A DNA stretch of 64,000 nt from NCBI GenBank assembly GCA_050173015.1, contig JBFXLE010000004.1, positions 192,001 through 256,000 of the forward strand, written 5' to 3'. Source of the DNA: Calditrichaceae bacterium. Its GTDB lineage: Bacteria > Calditrichota > Calditrichia > Calditrichales > JBFXGD01. The notes beneath the pieces are model-generated. The model made no database searches. It had not been told where the DNA came from and saw nothing but the letters and a program-made list of their open reading frames with translations. The translations under genes and the position numbers were made by a program. This document shows positions 30,545 to 41,819 of this stretch, one piece after another. Every line of letters begins with the position of its first letter. Position 1 is the first letter of the stretch.

Positions 30545-31174
30545 TTAGTGTTGATGAGCGCCTGCTCCGCCTTCAGAATGACCGGCTTCAGCGTGGCCGT
30601 GGCCGGCTGCTTTTGTCGCGGTCTCATAGATCGGTTCTACGTAGTGTAAGTATTCGACGTACGCTTTTACAAAATCGCGTCCGGCTTTAACATCGTTTTT
30701 ATCATAATTCTTTTTTTCCTGAACTTCCATAAATCTGGTGTGCAAGCCGCCGTGGACCGCGTCATTTAGCATCTGAAGTACTTCTTTTGCTGAACCGGAT
30801 TCAATGGATTTGTCAGCCGCGGGAATTGCGGGGCCAAGGTCACGGCCCGCGGGTTTAATTCCTGTATAGGGAGCGCCTTCACCGGCGCGATGGACGCGTA
30901 CTAATGTTTCAAAAAAGTACATATCGGCAAGTTCTTTGGCTTCCGCGCCAAGTTTGCGAACTTTAATCGTGTGATCAAAAGCGGCTTTTATGTTCGCTTC
31001 ATCATCCGGCTGAACCCAGATAAGAATAAGATTGACATTGTTGGTGTCAAGGGCTTTTATCGCGGCTGTAACAACGGGGCCGTCAAGACCGTCACAATGG
31101 GCCGAAGCGGTGTCCGGTTTAAAAAGAACGACTGCTAACATTAAAGCGAAAATTGAAAATAAATAACGTCTCAT
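30545..31174 (-). CDS. DUF6448-type secreted protein with His-rich tail
   Basis: AHCD..DGPVV, FFETLVRVHRAGEGAPYTG.KP, GR.FV.AYV.Y.HYVE. Confidence 0.75.
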   Translation of the reverse strand: MRRYLFSIFALMLAVVLFKPDTASAHCDGLDGPVVTAAIKALDTNNVNLILIWVQPDDEANIKAAFDHTIKVRKLGAEAKELADMYFFETLVRVHRAGEGAPYTGIKPAGRDLGPAIPAADKSIESGSAKEVLQMLNDAVHGGLHTRFMEVQEKKNYDKNDVKAGRDFVKAYVEYLHYVEPIYETATKAAGHGHAEAGHSEGGAGAHQH

Positions 31175-31215
31175 GATTCTCTCCTTTATGGGTTTGGTTT
31201 GTAACTTTCACTACC

Positions 31216-31266
31216 AATATAAATACTACATGTTGGTAGTTAAATGATATAGATTAATTAACTGCA
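31216..31266 (-). promoter_or_regulatory. FNR-like box plus -10 element (class II spacing) upstream of DUF6448
   Basis: TTAAT-ctat-ATCAT within a 26-bp motif 23/26 identical to 33571-33596; TATATT at 31221-31216. Confidence 0.7.
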
Positions 31267-31275
31267 TTATTTTAT

Positions 31276-33183
31276 TTATTTAATTCGTAATAATCGCATT
31301 CCGTTAAATATGACGATCATAACCGATGCTTCATGAATCAGCATTCCTCCGGCCATGTGGACTTCGCCGAGGAGGACACCGGCCAACAGCGCGGAAACAG
31401 TAGCAAGCGCCACAAATACATTCTGGCGGATATTCTTTAATGTCGCTTTAGAGATACGGATCGCTTCCGGTATTTTCATCAGGTCATCGGACATCAGCGC
31501 GATATCCGCCGTTTCAATGGCGATATCTGTGCCGGCGGCGCCCATGGCGATACCAATATCCGCGGCGGCAAGCGCCGGAGCGTCATTGATACCGTCTCCA
31601 ACCATCGCGACGACCAGTTTTCTGGATTTTAACTCATGGATGGCCGCCAGTTTGTCCTCCGGCAGTAATTCCGCCCGGATATTTGTAATTCCGGTTTCCC
31701 TGCCGACAACTCGCGCTGTTTTTTCGTCATCGCCCGTAAGCATGACAATTTCCTTTAAATCCATACTTTTTAATTTATTGATCATAGAGGAAGAGGATTC
31801 TCTTATGGTGTCCGCGATGCCGAGAATTCCCATTGCGAATTTATCAACAGATACTATCACCGCCGTTTTACCCGATGATTTTAATTGATCAAGATGAAAT
31901 CCGGTTTCATCCGGAACCAGTACATCAAGTTCTCTCATTAATTCAAAATTTCCAATACTGATTAACCGGTTCCCAAAAAGGGCAGTGATGCCTTTGCCGG
32001 GATAATTATTAAACTCCCTTGCATAGGGAATGTCTCCCAGATATTGTATTTGATCCATTATGGATCTCGCGAGAGGGTGTTCTGAGCCTGCTTCGGCAAT
32101 GGCAGCCCATCTCAGCAATTCTAATTGTTCCTTTGTCCAGGGTGTATTAGTATCTTCGTCGATGCTGACAAAATCACCCGCCGGGATAAGAGCGTGTTCC
32201 AGAACAACGATATCTGTCAGACGCGGTTTTCCATAAGTTAGAGTTCCCGTTTTGTCCATTGCAATCGCGGATATTTTGCCGGCATTTTCAAGGTGTTCCC
32301 CTCCTTTTATCAGGATACCGCTCTTCGCGGCGCGCCCAATTCCAGCCACAATAGAAACCGGTGTTGATATCACAAGCGCGCCGGGACATCCGATGACGAG
32401 AAGCGTAAGCGACAGTTCAATATCCCATGTAATCAAAAAGACAACCACACTCAATCCGATGATAAACGGGGTATACCATTTCGCGAATTTTTCGATAAAT
32501 CTCTGTGTGGGCGCTTTTTCTTCCTGTGCTTCTTCGACTCTTCGAATGATACGGGCCAGGGTTGTATCCGCTCCGATACCGGTTGCCCGTACTCTTATCA
32601 GTCCATCCTGGTTCACCGTACCCGCGAAAACTAATGAATCCAACGATTTTTCCTCCGGCATCGGTTCACCGGTGATCGAGCTTTCATCAACAGATGAGCG
32701 TCCGTCAATGACTTTGCCGTCAACAGGTATTTTGGTACCGGGTTTAATAATAACGGTCTCATAGGGCAAAACTTCGCGCGGCATAACCTCCTGCTGCCGT
32801 CCGTCACGAATCACAATAGCGGTTGTTGGTGTCAGATCCAATAATCCTTTCAGAACATTCCGGGTTCTGCTAAGTGTGCGCGCCTCAAGATAAGCGCCGA
32901 AAATGAACAGGAAAGTTACCGCGGCGGATTCCCAGTATTCACCAATAAATAAGGCTCCTGTCGCCGCGATGGTAACAAGCAGTTCGATACTGATGTATTT
33001 ATTCATCAGATTCTTCCAGGCTCGAACGGCAATATCCGAACCCGCCACAATGGCCGCGCCGATCATTAATAAATTTTCAATATTCTGAGCGCCAAACTGT
33101 CCGGCGGTAAAAGCCGCTAATATCAACGACGCGCTGCTGATCGTCAGTACTTGTTTGCGTTGTTGCAGATTTAATTTTTTCAT
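31276..33183 (-). CDS. Heavy-metal P1B-type ATPase (CPG motif, no N-terminal metal-binding domain)
   Basis: ITGEP, GCPGAL, DKTGTLT, SEHP, GDGINDAP, HEAS in last TM. Confidence 0.95.
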   Translation of the reverse strand: MKKLNLQQRKQVLTISSASLILAAFTAGQFGAQNIENLLMIGAAIVAGSDIAVRAWKNLMNKYISIELLVTIAATGALFIGEYWESAAVTFLFIFGAYLEARTLSRTRNVLKGLLDLTPTTAIVIRDGRQQEVMPREVLPYETVIIKPGTKIPVDGKVIDGRSSVDESSITGEPMPEEKSLDSLVFAGTVNQDGLIRVRATGIGADTTLARIIRRVEEAQEEKAPTQRFIEKFAKWYTPFIIGLSVVVFLITWDIELSLTLLVIGCPGALVISTPVSIVAGIGRAAKSGILIKGGEHLENAGKISAIAMDKTGTLTYGKPRLTDIVVLEHALIPAGDFVSIDEDTNTPWTKEQLELLRWAAIAEAGSEHPLARSIMDQIQYLGDIPYAREFNNYPGKGITALFGNRLISIGNFELMRELDVLVPDETGFHLDQLKSSGKTAVIVSVDKFAMGILGIADTIRESSSSMINKLKSMDLKEIVMLTGDDEKTARVVGRETGITNIRAELLPEDKLAAIHELKSRKLVVAMVGDGINDAPALAAADIGIAMGAAGTDIAIETADIALMSDDLMKIPEAIRISKATLKNIRQNVFVALATVSALLAGVLLGEVHMAGGMLIHEASVMIVIFNGMRLLRIK

Positions 33184-33286
33184 TGTTATCTCCGTTAGTT
33201 ATAACCCGGAAGTTAGACCGACTCCCAATTCGGAACTTGAATACGAAGCCGGCCTATATTCCGGAAGATGCATATGACCGCCTGTT

Positions 33287-33502
33287 TTAGAATGCGGACA
33301 CTTTGGATTCATACCCGATTTCACGAACTTTTTTTACAAAATCTTCGCTTTTGGCGGTTTCGGGATTGTGCTCGATTTCAATGCGTCCCGTGTTGAAAAA
33401 TACTTTCGCCTTTTCGACACCCTCAATGGCCGATAATCCTTTTTCAATTTTGACAATACATGAAGGGCAGGAAAGATCGTCACTTCTCAATATGGTTTTC
33501 AT
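33287..33502 (-). CDS. HMA-domain metallochaperone
   Basis: LSCPSC, IEK.L..GV..V.FNTG, GY. Confidence 0.9.
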   Translation of the reverse strand: MKTILRSDDLSCPSCIVKIEKGLSAIEGVEKAKVFFNTGRIEIEHNPETAKSEDFVKKVREIGYESKVSAF

Positions 33503-33545
33503 TTGGTACTCCTTGATTTATTTGATTGTTTTTAAACTCGGTATC

Positions 33546-33596
33546 ATAATAAGGAATCGGATTCTGCAACTAAATGATCTGGCTTAATTAACTGCA
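33546..33596 (-). promoter_or_regulatory. FNR-like box plus -10 element (class II spacing) upstream of HMA-ATPase
   Basis: TTAAG-ccag-ATCAT; TATTAT at 33551-33546, same spacing as the 31.2-kb copy. Confidence 0.7.
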
Positions 33597-33754
33597 GGAG
33601 ATGAAATTTTTTGATGAAATCGCAAAGAAATCCCGGTGAGATGTGAGTAATGCTAAGAATGGAGCAGGCGGAAGGTATAATAAAATAATCCGGTTTTCTT
33701 GTATTCCGGATTAAAAACAATATTTTATTTTACGTATTGATGGGGGATAAAAAA

Positions 33755-34531
33755 TCAATCGACTTCGGCAATGGCCGATAGTTTTTTAATATCGGTGATC
33801 GCTACCCACTGCCTGCCGGTTTTAATAAGCCCGTCTTTTTGAAAGTGACTCATTATTCTGCTGGCGGTTTCGGTTGTAGTGCCGGTCATTTCCGCCAAAT
33901 CATACCGGGAGAGAGGAATCTGGATAAGCAGGCCGATATCCTTTTGTTCTCCCAGCTTATCACTGAGTTTGAGCAGGGTGTAGGCGATTCTTCTTTCAAC
34001 AGAATGCGTACTGAGCTGCCGCATCATTTCATGCGCGCCGCGCAGTCTCTCGGCGGTGATATCAAGAACGCTGAGAGCGGCAGTCGGATAATTGTTAAGA
34101 ATTGTGCGAAAATCTTCAGCGTTTATTGTCATGATACAGGAGACGGTCTGCGCTTCGGATGTTTCGGAATAAACATTGTCGCCAAGAGCCGAAAGACTTC
34201 CAAAAAATTCGCCCGGTTTTAAAATATCGATGAGCACATTCTGACCGATAGCGCTGTGCCGCAGAAGTTTTACGCTGCCGGAAGCCACTACACAAAGACG
34301 TGTCGCGGTATCGCCCGTAAAATAAATGGTGTCGCCGGGAGCATAATGATAATCCCTGAACAGTTTATTGATTTCATGAATATTTTCATGGGTGAGATTC
34401 TTGAAAAACGGGAGATTATGAAGGATTTCCAGACGTAAATCGATTGTACAACTATGCGCGTCCACTTCATCATGATCAATAGGAGATTTTCTTCGTTCAC
34501 TCATCATTTGCCTCATAAATAGATGGGTCAA
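33755..34531 (-). CDS. Crp/Fnr family transcriptional regulator
   Basis: SGSVKL, PGEFFG, ERRIA..LL, LSR.DLAEM.GTT.ETASR; N-terminal His/Cys segment. Confidence 0.95.
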   Translation of the reverse strand: MTHLFMRQMMSERRKSPIDHDEVDAHSCTIDLRLEILHNLPFFKNLTHENIHEINKLFRDYHYAPGDTIYFTGDTATRLCVVASGSVKLLRHSAIGQNVLIDILKPGEFFGSLSALGDNVYSETSEAQTVSCIMTINAEDFRTILNNYPTAALSVLDITAERLRGAHEMMRQLSTHSVERRIAYTLLKLSDKLGEQKDIGLLIQIPLSRYDLAEMTGTTTETASRIMSHFQKDGLIKTGRQWVAITDIKKLSAIAEVD

Positions 34532-34714
34532 TTTTTAGCTCATAACAAACGCGTTAAGCTTTACTTTGTTTCACATAGTCATTAAAATTCCACCGAAACC
34601 GATTGGTCTGTTTATGAATCGGATTTTTGGAATGAGAAAAGATACTGAATCAGATCTTGATGATCAATGGTTAAAATGGTAATCATTCCTTTTCGCGCTA
34701 CTATATGGTCTTGG

Positions 34715-35362
34715 TTACTGACTTAATTGCCACAAAAGGATGTTTCGATAAATACTTTTAACATAAGTTGTGGGCATGCTTTTTGACCGGGCGAATAGTT
34801 CAATCATTTTTTCATCAATGTCATCCAGGGAAGAGATCGATGATATATGATAATTCATCAGATCATTAAAAATCTGTTTTTCCTCCGGCAACGGTTCGGG
34901 AGGTATGGGTGTGGTCTCCCATGAATAAAGACGGACGGTTAATCTTCCATTTTTTTTGTAGTGGCTGATTAAAAAAGGTTTGTCATGGATAGAATAAAAG
35001 TATGGATATACCCGTACTTCTTCTTTGGCTTTCTCGGCCTCGGTCGGACATAAACCATAGTAAATGATCAGCTGGATCAGGACCTGATCAAGTTCATAGG
35101 TTTGAGGGATTCTAATTATTGTTATATTTCTACCGTTCTTCGATTCAGATCTCACAATTGAAAAACGAATATCTGACATCCTGAAATGATTTTTTATTGA
35201 GTCAATTAAATTCGGTTTAATATCACGGGAGGAATCGTTGACAATAATTTGCATATGATCAGATAAAGTAAGCGCCGGCATCTCCTGCGCCCGGCCGGGA
35301 ATTAGCAATATTAGTGTAAAATATATTATAAAATAACAATGTTTCAATCTGCCATCCCTCAT
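34715..35362 (-). CDS. Hypothetical exported protein
   Basis: Signal-peptide-like N-terminus, 215 aa. Confidence 0.6.
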   Translation of the reverse strand: MRDGRLKHCYFIIYFTLILLIPGRAQEMPALTLSDHMQIIVNDSSRDIKPNLIDSIKNHFRMSDIRFSIVRSESKNGRNITIIRIPQTYELDQVLIQLIIYYGLCPTEAEKAKEEVRVYPYFYSIHDKPFLISHYKKNGRLTVRLYSWETTPIPPEPLPEEKQIFNDLMNYHISSISSLDDIDEKMIELFARSKSMPTTYVKSIYRNILLWQLSQ

Positions 35363-35613
35363 ATGAAGATCATCTTATAATATTCAGCTCTGATAATCAC
35401 TGAAATCAAAATCATCTCACCAACGATGACTAAAAACCGTCACCACTCAGATAGTTTCGCTTATAAAATCAAATTTGGTTCTGAACAGACCTAATCTCCC
35501 GGTGACGGTCTGAATATTTTCGCCATATCAGTTTAACGAGCAATCAGATCAAAATATTCATCACCGGAACCAATCCTATTTTCAGTTGCTGATCTGCCTG
35601 AGACAGGTGTCGT

Positions 35614-36009
35614 TTAATTTTGATTGATAAGATCGATCAGTGATGGAAGATTAAAGCCGAGCGCCATCAATCCTATCAGCATGCCGCCAAAAATAATGAT
35701 GATCAATATCCCCTGCACGACAAAATATAAGCGCAGCTTATCCAGCATTATCATCAGTTCCAGGGGATTGTTCCTCAGTTGCGCGTCACTCGCGCGTGAT
35801 CCCGCCTGCCACAACAAAACACCAAGCCAGATAGGCAGCCAGGCGATCAGGATACCAATGATGGACAAGGCGGAAATAATGCCGCCGATGATCGTTACAA
35901 TACCGACAAATTTTAACCAGCCTGACATATTCAGGGCGGAGATTTTTAGATCATTCAATAATTTTGTCTGATCCTGCGCGGATATTTCCATGATTTGTAC
36001 CTCATTCAT
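35614..36009 (-). CDS. DUF5362-like membrane protein
   Basis: W.KFVGI..GILIAWLPIWLGVLL.QA, L..YF..QG; start uncertain. Confidence 0.65.
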   Translation of the reverse strand: MNEVQIMEISAQDQTKLLNDLKISALNMSGWLKFVGIVTIIGGIISALSIIGILIAWLPIWLGVLLWQAGSRASDAQLRNNPLELMIMLDKLRLYFVVQGILIIIIFGGMLIGLMALGFNLPSLIDLINQN

Positions 36010-36126
36010 GAGTTTTGATTGATTTTTTATTCGGGGATAGCTTGAATATAAATATAGATAATGAGTAAGGGAGATCAAATGCAATAAATAAAGAAAAAAA
36101 TTTCGCGGGATTATTTCGTTAAATGT

Positions 36127-37290
36127 TTATTCTTTACGAATGGACTCAAATTCTATAAGTGAAAGAGGCTTGCTGATGTTAAATTCAGGATGCCTCTCAA
36201 ACAGAGCGTGTTTGGTTTCAGTTACCGTATAACCGGAAGCGAATGAGTTAAGAATGGCGTGTCTGACTCTTCTGAACTGAAGAAAAATATAACTTATGGG
36301 AAGCCAGCGGTAAAAGACATCGGCCAGGCGTCGGCTGTTAAAGAGATCTCTTCTCATATCTTTTATGGCATCGCGGAAAAGATGATTTGCATTTTCACCA
36401 TCACGACGAGCGGAAATAATGGCTTTTGCGGCCAGCTGACCGGAATGAACGGCATTATGAATTCCTTCTCCCCAGATACATTCGGCAAAACCCGCGGCGT
36501 CGCCCACCAAAAATATTCTCGCGGATTTCGGTTCATAGTGGTCTCCGCCGGTGCCAATAGGATAACCGGTGATTCTATCAATTTGATCTGTGCCCAGCCT
36601 TTTTTGTACATATTTTCTGAGTCTGGATTTATTGATCTCATCTTCTTCCGGTTTACGGGTGTAAATTCCGACATTGATGTGATTATCTTTGGGGAATAAC
36701 CAGCCGTAACCGTTTTTCACGACTCCATAGTCAAATGTGAGTTCAGGAATTGATTTGCATCTCGATAAAGGAACGATACCTTCCAGGGCGAGTGCGCTCG
36801 TATCAGGTACAAACTCTCCTGTTATCGTACGGACACGGCTGCGCGCGCCGTCAGCGCCGATGAGATAACGGCATTGAAGCTCTTCCTGTCCATCAATATC
36901 TAAAGAGACTAAATCACTTTTTTCAACAATTCCTAAAATTTGATCTATTTGCAGAAATTTTACACCCTTCGCGAGAGTCCGTTCAAAGCAGTATTGATCC
37001 AGTTCTTCGCGCACAGTTGTGACCAGAATAGGATACTCGCCCCTGAGGTGAGACTGACTCAACGTGCCATACCCCACGACTTTGGAAGAAACTGCCGTCT
37101 TAATTACCGGAGCGATGGAAAAACGAAACCGGTTTAATGTTTTGATGGTCAATGCACCGCCGCATGCTTTGAATCGGGGAAAAGTCCGTTTGTCGATGAG
37201 AAGGACATCCAGGCCGGCATCCGCCATGTCATATGCTGCGGAAGAACCCGCGGGGCCTCCGCCGACAACGATGGCATCATATATATGCAA
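36127..37290 (-). CDS. Geranylgeranyl reductase family FAD-dependent oxidoreductase
   Basis: VVGGGPAGS, FPR.KACGG, IGADGA.S, GYGWLFPK, LVGDAAG..GEGI. Confidence 0.9.
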   Translation of the reverse strand: MHIYDAIVVGGGPAGSSAAYDMADAGLDVLLIDKRTFPRFKACGGALTIKTLNRFRFSIAPVIKTAVSSKVVGYGTLSQSHLRGEYPILVTTVREELDQYCFERTLAKGVKFLQIDQILGIVEKSDLVSLDIDGQEELQCRYLIGADGARSRVRTITGEFVPDTSALALEGIVPLSRCKSIPELTFDYGVVKNGYGWLFPKDNHINVGIYTRKPEEDEINKSRLRKYVQKRLGTDQIDRITGYPIGTGGDHYEPKSARIFLVGDAAGFAECIWGEGIHNAVHSGQLAAKAIISARRDGENANHLFRDAIKDMRRDLFNSRRLADVFYRWLPISYIFLQFRRVRHAILNSFASGYTVTETKHALFERHPEFNISKPLSLIEFESIRKE

Positions 37291-37415
37291 TTTCTAATCT
37301 CTCCAATGAATTTATCATGATGTATGATTGTAATATAAGCCGTCTGAATTATTCTATCAATTCAATCCGGAAGAAAGTATCTAATTTGTTATTAAAATCG
37401 GGATTGACTGTCCGT

Positions 37416-38288
37416 CTAATTTCCCGATATCGCTTCGAAAAGTTTTTGCAGATCAGATTTAAGCGAAGGATCGGCGGAGATTAAATAATCGATATACCAG
37501 GATCCGCCTGTGTAAAATACGATTCTGTTAAACGGCGGCTCATTGCCATAATTATTGGAGGGGATTTCCAATTTTGCCAGTATCTTGTTTTCTACATATC
37601 TCGCGAAACCCTCCTTCCATTCCTGCCAGCACATGTATTCAAAATCGAGCGGATTTAAATGTTCTTTCAGCATTCTTCGGTCCATTATTATTTTTGTATT
37701 GTCCCGTTCTTTAAGATGCTCAAGAAAATCCCCGTAAATTTTAGTGAAAACCGGATCATCATAAGGGAATGAATGGTTCAGTTCCCACATAAAATTTTTA
37801 TTACGCATGGCGTTTTGATAAATCAGCAATTCCTGCTTAATTTTTTGTTCGGATGTATTCATTTGTTTGCAATGTATAAATTCATGAAAAATAGTCGCGT
37901 ATCCCTGCGGAGAAGCAAACACGGCGCCGTCTGTCACACAAGCGGGGCGGTTTTCATAAAAATCAAGCGGAAATGAGGCGCGGATTTCTTTTGAGATTGA
38001 CCACGCGACAGGCGCGTCTTTCTTAAAAACATATCTTGTTCCCGAAGAGTCAAGATCAAATACATAAAACCGGTCGTTTTCAACGATGGCGACGGGATAG
38101 AGTTCAGCAAGAAACGGATGCGCGTCTTTGATGGTATCCCGCATTTCAAAAATTTTCTGAAGACTTTCATGATATTTTCGCGCCACAGAATCGGCTTCAA
38201 TCCCGGATGTAAAAACGAAACCGGGGATAGAGAGAAAAAGAATCAGGATGGAAAGATTGATTTTTAAAAATCCGGCATATTTCTTCAT
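37416..38288 (-). CDS. Exported protein with HEXXH zinc-metallopeptidase-like motif
   Basis: HEFIH plus downstream EGFARYVE. Confidence 0.6.
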   Translation of the reverse strand: MKKYAGFLKINLSILILFLSIPGFVFTSGIEADSVARKYHESLQKIFEMRDTIKDAHPFLAELYPVAIVENDRFYVFDLDSSGTRYVFKKDAPVAWSISKEIRASFPLDFYENRPACVTDGAVFASPQGYATIFHEFIHCKQMNTSEQKIKQELLIYQNAMRNKNFMWELNHSFPYDDPVFTKIYGDFLEHLKERDNTKIIMDRRMLKEHLNPLDFEYMCWQEWKEGFARYVENKILAKLEIPSNNYGNEPPFNRIVFYTGGSWYIDYLISADPSLKSDLQKLFEAISGN

Positions 38289-38698
38289 ACTGAATTGTAC
38301 TCCGGATCATCAGTAACCGCGTCGGCTTCAATTTCAACAAGTATTTTAGGATCAATCAGCCTTCTGACCTCAACCATTGTCGCCGCGGGACGGATATGGC
38401 CAAAGTATTCCCCGTGCGCTCGTCCGATTTCTTCCCAATCATCGATGTTCACCACGTAGATTCTTGTTCGGACAACGTTTTTAATTGAGGCGCCGGCTTT
38501 ATTCAATGCGCTTTCAATGTTTTTGAGAATCTGGATTGTCTGCGCGTACGGATCGTTGATGCCGGTGATATTTCCATCTTTGTCGGTTGAGGTTGTGCCG
38601 GAGACAAATATGAGGGAGCCAAAACGGACGGCGCGGGAGTATCCCACAAGGGACTCCCACTTTGCGCCCGAAGAGATATTTTTTCTTTTCATACCCAA
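38285..38698 (-). CDS. RidA (YjgF/YER057c) family protein
   Basis: [41 protein letters not shown]. Confidence 0.95.
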   Translation of the reverse strand: MGMKRKNISSGAKWESLVGYSRAVRFGSLIFVSGTTSTDKDGNITGINDPYAQTIQILKNIESALNKAGASIKNVVRTRIYVVNIDDWEEIGRAHGEYFGHIRPAATMVEVRRLIDPKILVEIEADAVTDDPEYNSV

Positions 38699-38730
38699 AC
38701 TTGGCGATGAAAAGAAAAAAATGCAAGAAG

Positions 38731-39615
38731 TTATTTCATCAGAATCATGCGTTTCATTTCCTGAAAATTATTTGCCTGAATCCGGTAGAAGTAGATTCCG
38801 CTGGCTATATTATCCGCCGCAAATTGAATTTCATGGTAACCGGCTTCTTTGTTACCATCGAACAGAGTTTTGATTTTCTTTCCCGTTACGTCAAAAATAT
38901 CGATCCGGACAAGGCCGGATTCAGGCAAACCGAATTTTATTCGGGTAGTAGGATTGAACGGATTGGGATAGTTCTGCAACAATGTTATCCGGTCGGGAAT
39001 CTGAGACGCGAACGGATCGTCTCCGATTCCGGTGACAACGGATGTAACATCGATCTGAATTGATTTTGTATCCCAGAAACCATAAGGATCCTGTACTTTT
39101 AGAGAAAATCCTGCCGGTCCTGTATATGTGGCCGGTGAAGGAATCAGAATAAGTTCAGATCCATTCTGTGTCACTTCCAGATGATTTAATTGTGATATTT
39201 CAAGTTCTAATTCCCAAAGCTCATTGTCCCGGTCAGAAAGAAAATCCTGAAAGGGGACATAGGTTGACTGGTTTGTGAAAATGTCATCTGTTCCCCAGTC
39301 TATTTTCGGGAGGGCAACGGAGACCACATCCGACATATTGGATTGATTTCCGTATATATCAACAGCACAGACGCCATAGGCATACTGATCACCGGGTGTG
39401 ATGTTCTGATCATCGGTGAATGTGGTATCCGGATGGGTTACGGTTGCGTGATATTTTAAATCGGTTGTGCTGTTAACTCCGCGGTAAACACGATATTGTG
39501 CAATATCAGGTTCCCCGTTTGCGAGCCATACTAACGTTAATGAGCTGGTCTGAGCAAATAGCTGATTTAGTCCAAAAAGGATTAAGAGAGCGGATAGTAA
39601 AATTTTGTATTTCAT
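38731..39615 (-). CDS. Secreted FN3/Ig-domain protein with C-terminal T9SS-A-like sorting domain
   Basis: [39 protein letters not shown]. Confidence 0.85.
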   Translation of the reverse strand: MKYKILLSALLILFGLNQLFAQTSSLTLVWLANGEPDIAQYRVYRGVNSTTDLKYHATVTHPDTTFTDDQNITPGDQYAYGVCAVDIYGNQSNMSDVVSVALPKIDWGTDDIFTNQSTYVPFQDFLSDRDNELWELELEISQLNHLEVTQNGSELILIPSPATYTGPAGFSLKVQDPYGFWDTKSIQIDVTSVVTGIGDDPFASQIPDRITLLQNYPNPFNPTTRIKFGLPESGLVRIDIFDVTGKKIKTLFDGNKEAGYHEIQFAADNIASGIYFYRIQANNFQEMKRMILMK

Positions 39616-39694
39616 CTGATTCTCCGACTGTTATATTCATCATTTTGTGTTCAGGTATTTTCACATCATAGGATGCAACCTGTCATCTACTATC

Positions 39695-39709
39695 TCAAAC
39701 ATTGTGCCA
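39695..39709 (-). promoter_or_regulatory. Possible sigma-54 promoter
   Basis: TGGCAC-N5-TTGA (consensus TGGCAC-N5-TTGC) ~80 bp upstream of the FN3 gene. Confidence 0.3.
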
Positions 39710-40180
39710 GTTTGGAAACCGGGAGAACCGGATGATGAAAAGCGGGAGAATCACACCAGCTAAATATATAAATAACAACAATATAATGAATTCAATAATT
39801 TAATCGGTTACATTTCAGGATTTGAATACCGAAAAAATCTATCACTGATGAGAATTGAAATAAAATAAAATGTGGTAATTGATTGATATTACAAGATTTG
39901 TCTATTCTAATTGTGACATATTTTGTTAGAGCAAAAAATGCCCGGAAAAAACTCTTTACACCATCTAAGTTTAAAAAATATAATATATTATGTGTAATTT
40001 TACCTGGGTAGGAAAGTAAATAAATTAAATCAGACGGGAAACGAGAAAAAATTTCACAGTCCGGCATGAATTTATTCTTTAATTCAAATCGGGGGATGTT
40101 GATCTTCAGAGGATAACACTTAGAGAGTCCATTAAATATAGAGACTCTTTATGGTGACTTTTTAAATGTCATGACCCATT

Positions 40181-40759
40181 TTAATAGTGAAACTGTGGTT
40201 TCCATTCGTTGATCCCGTCTGATAAAAGAGCGAATAAATGCCAAACACTGTTATAAGGGTCAAAAGGGCCGAACACAGCCTGTGCTACCCTATAAATACT
40301 TCCGTCATCCGATTTTGTAAATGTTGAAACACCGGGCATCCATCCGAGTTCAGATTTAAAACCCATGTCATTTATGAATGTTGAATCTTCCCCGGAGTAC
40401 ATTTCAAATTTCCAGCCTCTTTCGCGCGCGAAATTTTGCTGAACCAATGGCCCGTCCGGGGAGACTACGGCAAAAGCGGTCCTGTTTTTAAGATGATCCA
40501 ATAGTCCGTTAAATCCGTCAGCCCAGAGCGTGCAATATTTGCAACCGATTCCCATATTATGGATAATGATCAAATCTTTTTTTCCATTGAACAGGGAGGA
40601 TAAGCTGACCGGTCCCTTGATACCTTTCAGTATATAATCATCAATTTTTTCCCGGGGTGATTCGCGTTTTAGTTTTGCCAGTAGTTTCTGTTTTTCCATT
40701 ATTTCCGATTCAAGGGTCAGTATATCAGAATTTGGTTTCATGATTAAAGTTACCTCCAT
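40181..40759 (-). CDS. DUF899 thioredoxin-like protein
   Basis: LF.GK.DLIIIHNMG..CKYCTLWADGFNG, PGVSTF. Confidence 0.85.
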   Translation of the reverse strand: MEVTLIMKPNSDILTLESEIMEKQKLLAKLKRESPREKIDDYILKGIKGPVSLSSLFNGKKDLIIIHNMGIGCKYCTLWADGFNGLLDHLKNRTAFAVVSPDGPLVQQNFARERGWKFEMYSGEDSTFINDMGFKSELGWMPGVSTFTKSDDGSIYRVAQAVFGPFDPYNSVWHLFALLSDGINEWKPQFHY

Positions 40760-40871
40760 TAAAGATAGGAAAACGGAATACCAGATTTAACTTAAATCAT
40801 GGAAAATATATTCTGGGCTGATTTTTTATTAAAATTAAACATTGGGAGGAAGTGGATGTGGTTTTTGTAAT

Positions 40872-41819
40872 TTATAACCAGGGAATTTTGGACAGATCGA
40901 CATTGCCTCCGGTCAAAATGATTCCGGTTCGTTTATTTCTGAATTTATCCGGATTCGCGAGAACCGCGGCCAACGGCACCGCGGAAGACGGTTCGATGAT
41001 AATCTTCAGACGCTCCCAGGTGAGCCGCATGGCGTTAATGATGTCCTGTTCATCGACGGTAATGATTTCGGAAACGTATTTTTGAATAATGGGGAATGTA
41101 AGGGATCCCAGAGAAGTACGCAGACCGTCGGCGATGGTATCGGGATTGATCACGGGAATAATTTTTCCGGCTTTGAATGACCGGAACGCGTCATCCGCCT
41201 GTGACGGCTCCGCGGCAATTACGGATGTCCCCGGGAAGAGAGCGGAGGTTGTCAGGCATGTCCCGCTCAGCAAGCCTCCTCCCCCGACCGGGGTGACAAC
41301 AATATCCAGCTCACCGGTTTCTTCCAGAAGTTCCAATACCGACGTCCCCTGACCGGCAATTACTTTTGGATTATTATAAGGATGAATAAACCCGGCGCCG
41401 GTTCTTTTTACAACATCGTCGAGTGTCTTTTCGCGGGCCTGCAAGGTTGGCTCGCAAAATATGATTTCCGCTCCGTAACTTGCAACGGCATCCTTTTTGA
41501 CCTGAGGGGCATTTTCGGGCATGACGACAAATGCTTTTATACCGCGCCATTTAGCCGCCAGGGCGATGGCCGCGGCATGATTCCCCGATGAATGGGTGGT
41601 GACTCCGGCGGATGCTTCATCCTGAGTGAGTGATAACACCGCGTTGCAGGCTCCGCGGATTTTGAATGCTCCGGCTTTTTGGAAATTTTCACATTTGAAG
41701 TAAATATCCGCGCCGGTAATTTGGTTCAGATTTTCAGATGTCATTACGGGAGTATGATGTATAAAAGGTTTGATTATTTTATGCGCCTGTTGAATATCGG
41801 ATAAGGTCGGAAACTGCAT
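40872..41819 (-). CDS. PLP-dependent serine/threonine dehydratase / serine racemase family
   Basis: FKCENFQKAGAFKIRGA, SSGNHA, PVGGGGLLSG, EPSSAV, TGGNVD. Confidence 0.95.
   Translation of the reverse strand: MQFPTLSDIQQAHKIIKPFIHHTPVMTSENLNQITGADIYFKCENFQKAGAFKIRGACNAVLSLTQDEASAGVTTHSSGNHAAAIALAAKWRGIKAFVVMPENAPQVKKDAVASYGAEIIFCEPTLQAREKTLDDVVKRTGAGFIHPYNNPKVIAGQGTSVLELLEETGELDIVVTPVGGGGLLSGTCLTTSALFPGTSVIAAEPSQADDAFRSFKAGKIIPVINPDTIADGLRTSLGSLTFPIIQKYVSEIITVDEQDIINAMRLTWERLKIIIEPSSAVPLAAVLANPDKFRNKRTGIILTGGNVDLSKIPWL

Noticed and set aside
31355-32764. Long plus-strand ORFs opposite the P-type ATPase
   Set aside because: Antisense shadow frames of a conserved gene; the same applies to most short overlapping ORFs in the track.
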